Notes under the pieces: model-generated
What the model was told of the DNA's origin: nothing
The model's database searches: none
Seen by the model: only the letters and a program-made list of their open reading frames with translations
From: a bacterium
GTDB taxonomy: Bacteria > Krumholzibacteriota > Krumholzibacteriia > LZORAL124-64-63
Direction: 5' to 3'
Assembly (NCBI GenBank): GCA_031441465.1
Contig: JANOEP010000046.1
Location: forward strand, 64,001 to 128,000
Length of the DNA: 64,000 nucleotides
Shown: positions 57,098-64,000 of the stretch, piece after piece
How the letters are laid out: each line of letters opens with the position of its first letter
How positions within the stretch are numbered: position 1 is the first letter of the stretch
Translations under genes and position numbers: made by a program

Positions 57098-58264
57098 GTG
57101 AAACCCTACGAGGGCGTCGACTATTACCGGATCGAACAGGATCTCGGCGACGAGGAGCGCGCGGCGCGCGACCTCTGCCGGAGCTTCGTCGAGCGGAGCT
57201 TCCTGCCCGTGGTGCGCGAACACCACCGCGCCGGCACGTTCCCGATCGAGCTGGCGGCGGAGATGGGGGCGCTCGGCCTGCTCGGCACCTCGGTGCAAGG
57301 GCCGGGCTGCCCGGGGCTGTCGTCGATGGTGTACGGGCTGGTCTGCCAGGAACTCGAACGCGGGGACAGCGGCCTGCGCAGCTTCGCTTCGGTGCAGGGC
57401 AGCCTGGTGATGTGGCCGATCGCGACGTACGGCACCGAGGCCCAGCAACGTCGCTGGCTGCCCGAACTGGCGGCCGGCCGCAGGATCGGCTGCTTCGGCC
57501 TGACCGAGGCCGGGCACGGCAGCGACCCCGGGGGGATGGAGACCCGCGCCGTGCGCGACGGCAAGGGCTGGGTCCTGACCGGTGCCAAGATGTGGATCAC
57601 CAACGCCGATCTGGCCGACGTGGCCGTGGTCTGGGCGCGCGGTCCCGAACGGGTGCTGGGTTTCCTGATCGAGCGCGGCACGCCCGGCTTCTCGGCGCAA
57701 CCGGTGCACGGCAAGTTCAGCCTGCGCGCCAGCGACACCGGGGAACTGAGCTTCGACGAGGTCCGCGTGCCGGAGAGCTGCCGGCTGCCAGGCGCCGCCG
57801 GGCTCGTCGCGCCGCTGTCGTGCCTGAACCAGGCGCGCTACGGCATCGCCTGGGGAGCGGTGGGCGCGGCGGCGGCCTGCTACGACCACGCGCGGCAGTA
57901 CGCGCTGGAACGCGCGCAGTTCGGCCGGCCCATCGCGGCCTTCCAGCTGGTGCAGCAGAAACTCGTGGAGATGCTGACGGCGGTGACGACGTCGCAGGCG
58001 CTCGCCCACCAGTTGGGAAGACTCAAGGATCGCGGCATCGACGAAGTGCCCCTGGTGTCCCTGGCCAAGCGGCACAACGTGGCCGCGGCGCTGCAGGTCG
58101 CCCGCCAGGCCCGCGAGGTGCTCGGCGCCGCGGGGATCACCGACGAGCACCCGATCGGGCGCCACCTCACGAACCTCGAGTCGGTGTACACCTACGAAGG
58201 CACGCACGACATCCACACGCTGATCGTCGGCGCGGATCTCACGGGACTGCCCGCCTTCCGCTGA
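57098..58264 (+). CDS. Acyl-CoA dehydrogenase, glutaryl-CoA dehydrogenase (GcdH) family
   Basis: ELERGDSGLRSFASVQGSLVM, GCFGLTE..GSDPGGM, KMWITN, KFSLRAS, LNQARYGIAWG, NLESVYTYEGTHDIHTLI. Confidence 0.9.
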   Translation: MKPYEGVDYYRIEQDLGDEERAARDLCRSFVERSFLPVVREHHRAGTFPIELAAEMGALGLLGTSVQGPGCPGLSSMVYGLVCQELERGDSGLRSFASVQGSLVMWPIATYGTEAQQRRWLPELAAGRRIGCFGLTEAGHGSDPGGMETRAVRDGKGWVLTGAKMWITNADLADVAVVWARGPERVLGFLIERGTPGFSAQPVHGKFSLRASDTGELSFDEVRVPESCRLPGAAGLVAPLSCLNQARYGIAWGAVGAAAACYDHARQYALERAQFGRPIAAFQLVQQKLVEMLTAVTTSQALAHQLGRLKDRGIDEVPLVSLAKRHNVAAALQVARQAREVLGAAGITDEHPIGRHLTNLESVYTYEGTHDIHTLIVGADLTGLPAFR

Positions 58265-58280
58265 CGCGGAATGCCGGCGG

Positions 58281-59798
58281 TCAGAAGGTCATCTGCCGGA
58301 AGGTGTGGGCCGCCAGCGCGTAGAACGAACCCGGGACCACGCCGAGCAGCAGCACCAGCAGCGCCAGCACGCCGCAGGTGAACGCCGCCTCCCAGCTGTG
58401 GCCGTCGTGCACCTGGCCCTCGGCCGGCTTCATGTACATCACCACGATGACGCGCAAATAATAGTAGGCCGACAGCAGCGAGTTGATCACGCCCCAGATG
58501 GCCAGCGGCAGCAGGCCGGCCTTCACCACCGCGTCGAAGACGTAGAACTTGCCCACGAAGCCGGCGGTGGGCGGGATCCCCGCGAGCGAGAACATGAACA
58601 CCGCCAGCGTCGCCGCCACGAAGGGGCGGCGACGGGACAGGCCCGCGTAGCCGTCGATGGCGTCGGCCTCCTCGTTGCGGCTGCGGCTCAGGCAGGCCAC
58701 CACGCCGAAGGCGCCCAGGTTCATCAGGGCGTAGACCACCAGGTAGAACAGGATGGCGCCGCCGGCGGCGTCGCGGACCGCCGCGGCCTGCACGGCCGTG
58801 GCGCTGTCGCGGCTGGTGTTGAGCACCGCCAGCACGCCCAGCAGCAGGTAGCCGGCATGGGCGATGCTCGAGTAGGCCAGCATCCGCTTCATCCCGTTCT
58901 GGGACAGGGCCACGAGGTTGCCGTACGTCATCGTCAGGACCGCGAGCACCGTCAGCAGAGGGAACCAGACTTCGGCGACCGGCGGCAGCAGCCAGACCAC
59001 GCGCAGCAGCGCGGCGAAGGCCGCGGCCTTGACGCCCGTGGCCATCAGTCCCGTCACGTAGGCGGGCGCGCCGTCGTAGACGTCCGGCGTCCACATGTGG
59101 AAGGGCACCATGGCCACCTTGAAACCCAGGGCGATCAGCACCAGCCCGCAGGCCAGGGGCAGCAGGAGCCCGCCGGCGGGCGCCGCCTCGATCGCCCGGC
59201 GGATGGAGGCGTAGTCGGTCGCTCCGGCCTGGCCGTACAGCAGCGCGAGGCCCATCAGCAGGAAAGCGGAAGCGAACGCGCCCAGGATCAGGTACTTGAA
59301 GCCGGCCTCGCTGCTGCGCAGCGAACCGCGGTTGCCGGCGACCAGGGCGTACACGGCGAGGCTCATGGTCTCGATGGCCAAAAACAGGCTCAACAGGTCG
59401 GTCGCCGCGGCCAGCAGCATCATGCCCAGGGCGGCGAACAACACCAGGGGATAGAAGTCGGTCCGGTAGCGCCCGTCGCGCTCGAACATGCTGGTCGCGA
59501 AGACCGTCGTGAGCATGGCGATCGTCACGACCAGCAGGTTGAAGAAGCGGCTGAAGCGGTCGGCTGCCAGCATGCCTCCCATCAGGGACGCGCCGCGCGG
59601 GTCGGCGTGCACCGCGCCCTGGGCGACCGCGACGCACAGCAGCACCAGCAACGTCAACAGCGACAGGTGGTCCTTGCGCCGGCCGCCGGTGAAGGCGTCC
59701 GCGAGCATCACGACCAGGCCGCCGACGGCCAGGACGAGGTAGGGCGCCAGCTGGGCCAGGTCGCTGCCGAGCGTCGTCGCGTGGGCCGGGCCGTTCAT
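58281..59798 (-). CDS. nuoN: NADH-quinone oxidoreductase subunit N
   Basis: SEAGFKYLILGA, GFKVAMVPFHMWTPDVYDGAP, KRMLAYSSIAHAGY, SLAGIPPTAGFVGKF. Confidence 0.96.
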   Translation of the reverse strand: MNGPAHATTLGSDLAQLAPYLVLAVGGLVVMLADAFTGGRRKDHLSLLTLLVLLCVAVAQGAVHADPRGASLMGGMLAADRFSRFFNLLVVTIAMLTTVFATSMFERDGRYRTDFYPLVLFAALGMMLLAAATDLLSLFLAIETMSLAVYALVAGNRGSLRSSEAGFKYLILGAFASAFLLMGLALLYGQAGATDYASIRRAIEAAPAGGLLLPLACGLVLIALGFKVAMVPFHMWTPDVYDGAPAYVTGLMATGVKAAAFAALLRVVWLLPPVAEVWFPLLTVLAVLTMTYGNLVALSQNGMKRMLAYSSIAHAGYLLLGVLAVLNTSRDSATAVQAAAVRDAAGGAILFYLVVYALMNLGAFGVVACLSRSRNEEADAIDGYAGLSRRRPFVAATLAVFMFSLAGIPPTAGFVGKFYVFDAVVKAGLLPLAIWGVINSLLSAYYYLRVIVVMYMKPAEGQVHDGHSWEAAFTCGVLALLVLLLGVVPGSFYALAAHTFRQMTF

Positions 59799-61366
59799 CG
59801 GTCCCCCTTCAACGCCGCGATCGCGGCGGCGGTCTGGTCAGCAGGCTCCCGGACGGCCAACCCGTACGTGGATTCGGTCGGACGGACGGCGGCGACGGGA
59901 GCCAGGATCCGCTCGAGCGAGGGCTCCAACCGCTCCAGCAGCGGTGCAGGGTGGACGCCCAGCACCACGATCATGATCAGGATGGGCAGCAGGACGGCCC
60001 ACTCGCGCGGGCTGAGGTCCGGCAGGTCGCGGTTGCGTTCGCCGAGCTTGCCCAGGAACACGCGCTGGTACATCCAGAGCATGTAGATGGCGCCCAGCAC
60101 GACGCCGGTGGCCGCCAGAGCCGTCAGCAGGCGGGCGTGCGGCAGCAGCCGGCTGCCGAAGGTGCCGAACAGGATCAGGAACTCGCCGGTGAAACCGCAG
60201 AGGCCGGGCAGCCCGATGCTGGCCAGGGTCACGAACAGGAACACCGCGGCGTAGCGCGGCATCGCGTGGGCGAGGCCGCCGAACTCCGAGATCAGGCGCG
60301 TGTGGCGCCGCTCGTAGACCATCCCCACCAGCAGGAAGAGCGCCCCGGTCGACAGGCCGTGGGCCAGCATCTGCACCACGCCGCCGGCGGCGCCGGTCAC
60401 CGTCAGGCTGAACAGGCCCAGCACCACGAAGCCCAGGTGGCTGACGCTCGAGTAGGCCACGAGCTTCTTGACGTCCTGCTGGACCATGGCCACCAGGGCC
60501 CCGTAGACCACCCCGATCACGGCCAGCCAGGCGAGCCAGGGGCCGAGCGACAGCGCGGCCAGGGGGAACAGCGGGATCGCGAAGCGCAGCAGGCCGTAGG
60601 TGCCCATCTTCAGCAGGATGCCGGCCAGGATGACCGAGCCGGCGGTCGGCGCCTCGACGTGGGCGTCGGGCAGCCAGGTGTGGAAGGGGAACAGGGGCAC
60701 CTTGATCGCGAAGGCCAGCGCGAAGGCGAGGAACAGCCACGACTGCTGCCCGCGCGACAGTTCGAGTTGCAGGAAGTCGGCCAGCGCCATGCTGCCCGCC
60801 TGCTGGTAGCACCACAGGATGGCGACCAGCATGAAGACCGACCCGACCATCGTGAACAGGAAGAACTTCACCGCGGCGTAGACGCGCCGCTCCCCGCCCC
60901 AGATGCCGATCAGGAAGTACATGGGGATCAGCATCGCCTCCCAGAACACGTAGAACAGCAGCATGTCGCGGGCCAGGAAGGTGCCGATCATCGCGGTCTG
61001 CAGCAGCAGCAGGAAGGCCATCGCCTCGCGCACGCGTTCGGTGATCGCGCGCCAGGTGCTGAGGATCACCAGGGGGCCCAGGAAGGTCGTCAGCAGGACG
61101 AGCCAGAGCGAGACCCCGTCCAGACCCAGGCTGTAGGCGATCTTGCCGCCGGCGAGCCAGGGGGCGTGCTCGACGAACTGGTCGGCGCCGTTGCCGACCG
61201 CGAAGTGGCGCAGCAGGTGCAGGGAGAGGACGAAGTCGGCCAGCGCCGCGCCCAGGGCGAGCCGTCTGGCCGCGCCGGGGCTGCGCCCCGCCAGCAGGAC
61301 CAGGACGGCCCCGAGCGCGGGCGCGAAGGCGACCCAGCTCAGAATGTGGTCCGTGATGAAAGCCAA
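59795..61366 (-). CDS. nuoM: NADH-quinone oxidoreductase subunit M
   Basis: FYVFWEAMLIPMYFLIGIWG, AIKVPLFPFHTWLPDAHVEAPTAGS, KKLVAYSSVSH, SIGLPGLCGFTGEF; TTG start. Confidence 0.96.
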   Translation of the reverse strand: MAFITDHILSWVAFAPALGAVLVLLAGRSPGAARRLALGAALADFVLSLHLLRHFAVGNGADQFVEHAPWLAGGKIAYSLGLDGVSLWLVLLTTFLGPLVILSTWRAITERVREAMAFLLLLQTAMIGTFLARDMLLFYVFWEAMLIPMYFLIGIWGGERRVYAAVKFFLFTMVGSVFMLVAILWCYQQAGSMALADFLQLELSRGQQSWLFLAFALAFAIKVPLFPFHTWLPDAHVEAPTAGSVILAGILLKMGTYGLLRFAIPLFPLAALSLGPWLAWLAVIGVVYGALVAMVQQDVKKLVAYSSVSHLGFVVLGLFSLTVTGAAGGVVQMLAHGLSTGALFLLVGMVYERRHTRLISEFGGLAHAMPRYAAVFLFVTLASIGLPGLCGFTGEFLILFGTFGSRLLPHARLLTALAATGVVLGAIYMLWMYQRVFLGKLGERNRDLPDLSPREWAVLLPILIMIVVLGVHPAPLLERLEPSLERILAPVAAVRPTESTYGLAVREPADQTAAAIAALKGDR

Positions 61367-61379
61367 GGCCGGCCCTCCC

Positions 61380-63353
<1,974 letters not shown>

Positions 63354-63357
63354 GGCG

Positions 63358-63663
63358 TCACTCCATCAGCGTGTTGAGGTCGTCCACGTTCACCGACCGG
63401 CGCAGCCGGTAGATCTCCACCAGGATGGCCAGGCCGATGGCCGCCTCGGCGGCCGCGACGGCGAAGACCATCAGCACGAAGACGTGACCCGCCAGGTCGC
63501 CGTGCAGGCGCGAGTAGGCGGCGAACACGAGGTTCGCGGCGCTGAGCATGATCTCGATGCTCATGAACATGATCAGGCTGTTGCGGCGGATCAGGACGCC
63601 GGCCATCCCGACCAGGAACAGCGCCGCCGCCAGCACGAGGTAGTGCGTCAGTCCCACGGTCAC
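63358..63663 (-). CDS. nuoK: NADH-quinone oxidoreductase subunit K
   Basis: GVLIRRNSL..FMSIEIML, VAAAEAAIGLAI. Confidence 0.96.
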   Translation of the reverse strand: MTVGLTHYLVLAAALFLVGMAGVLIRRNSLIMFMSIEIMLSAANLVFAAYSRLHGDLAGHVFVLMVFAVAAAEAAIGLAILVEIYRLRRSVNVDDLNTLME

Positions 63664-64000
63664 GGCAGAACCTCCTGCTTGCGGCCCAGCGCCATCACGC
63701 CCACGATCGCCACCAGCAGCACGATCGAGATCAGTTCGAACGCCAGGAGGTAGCGGTTCAGCAGCAGGGACGCCACGGCCGCGGCGGTGCCCGTCACCGG
63801 CGTCGCGCCGAAGGCCGCCTCGCGGCCCCGCACCGCCCAGCTGATCAGGATCACCGCGATGGCGGCGGCGGGCAGGGCCAGCACGACCTTGCGCCCGACG
63901 GTGCGTCCCGCGACCTCCGCCGGCAGGACCGGACCCTGCAGCATCATGATCACGAACAGGAACAGCACCATGATGGCGCCCGCGTAGATCAGGATCTGCA
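63660..64000 (-). CDS. nuoJ: NADH-quinone oxidoreductase subunit J (3' part; start lies outside the window)
   Basis: QILIYAGAIMVLFLFVIMML, YLLAFELISIVLLVAIVG. Confidence 0.95.
   Translation of the reverse strand, partial: QILIYAGAIMVLFLFVIMMLQGPVLPAEVAGRTVGRKVVLALPAAAIAVILISWAVRGREAAFGATPVTGTAAAVASLLLNRYLLAFELISIVLLVAIVGVMALGRKQEVLP

Overview
High-GC (roughly 70% by eye), gene-dense bacterial chromosome segment with about 51 CDS, all but four on the minus strand. FlgD-Ig/T9SS-type 'NxPNPFNP' C-termini, C25 peptidases, LPS-core genes and canonical sigma70 promoters suggest an FCB-group diderm such as Ca. Krumholzibacteriota/Latescibacterota (inference). In coordinate order: polA (partial), nadD, bamD, a hypothetical, rimO, ftsK, accC, accB, efp, aroQ and a TPR protein; an uncharacterised, translationally coupled four-gene membrane module (DUF6754-like) downstream of a PhzF-family gene, an acyl-CoA dehydrogenase and a small hypothetical; an hsp20-lon-LPS core/glycosylation-acpS operon including a WaaF-GmhB fusion; a HIT protein; a lysine-rich protein with a Rok-like layout; an orphan peptide-binding protein beside two tandem ~1600-aa gingipain-like (C25) proteases; a surface-polysaccharide cluster; glnA, PIN-PhoH, a lipoprotein, suhB, Nfu, a GT-C-like/sulfatase-like pair, a glutaryl-CoA dehydrogenase-family gene, and nuoNMLKJ. 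No rRNA, tRNA, CRISPR array or mobile element was seen. The best candidates for undescribed biology are the four-gene membrane module (11346-14441), whose two paralogous soluble-domain subunits appear to face opposite sides of the membrane, and the coiled-coil/H1-like/winged-helix protein (29376-30050). All family calls come from motif recognition by eye, with no database searches.
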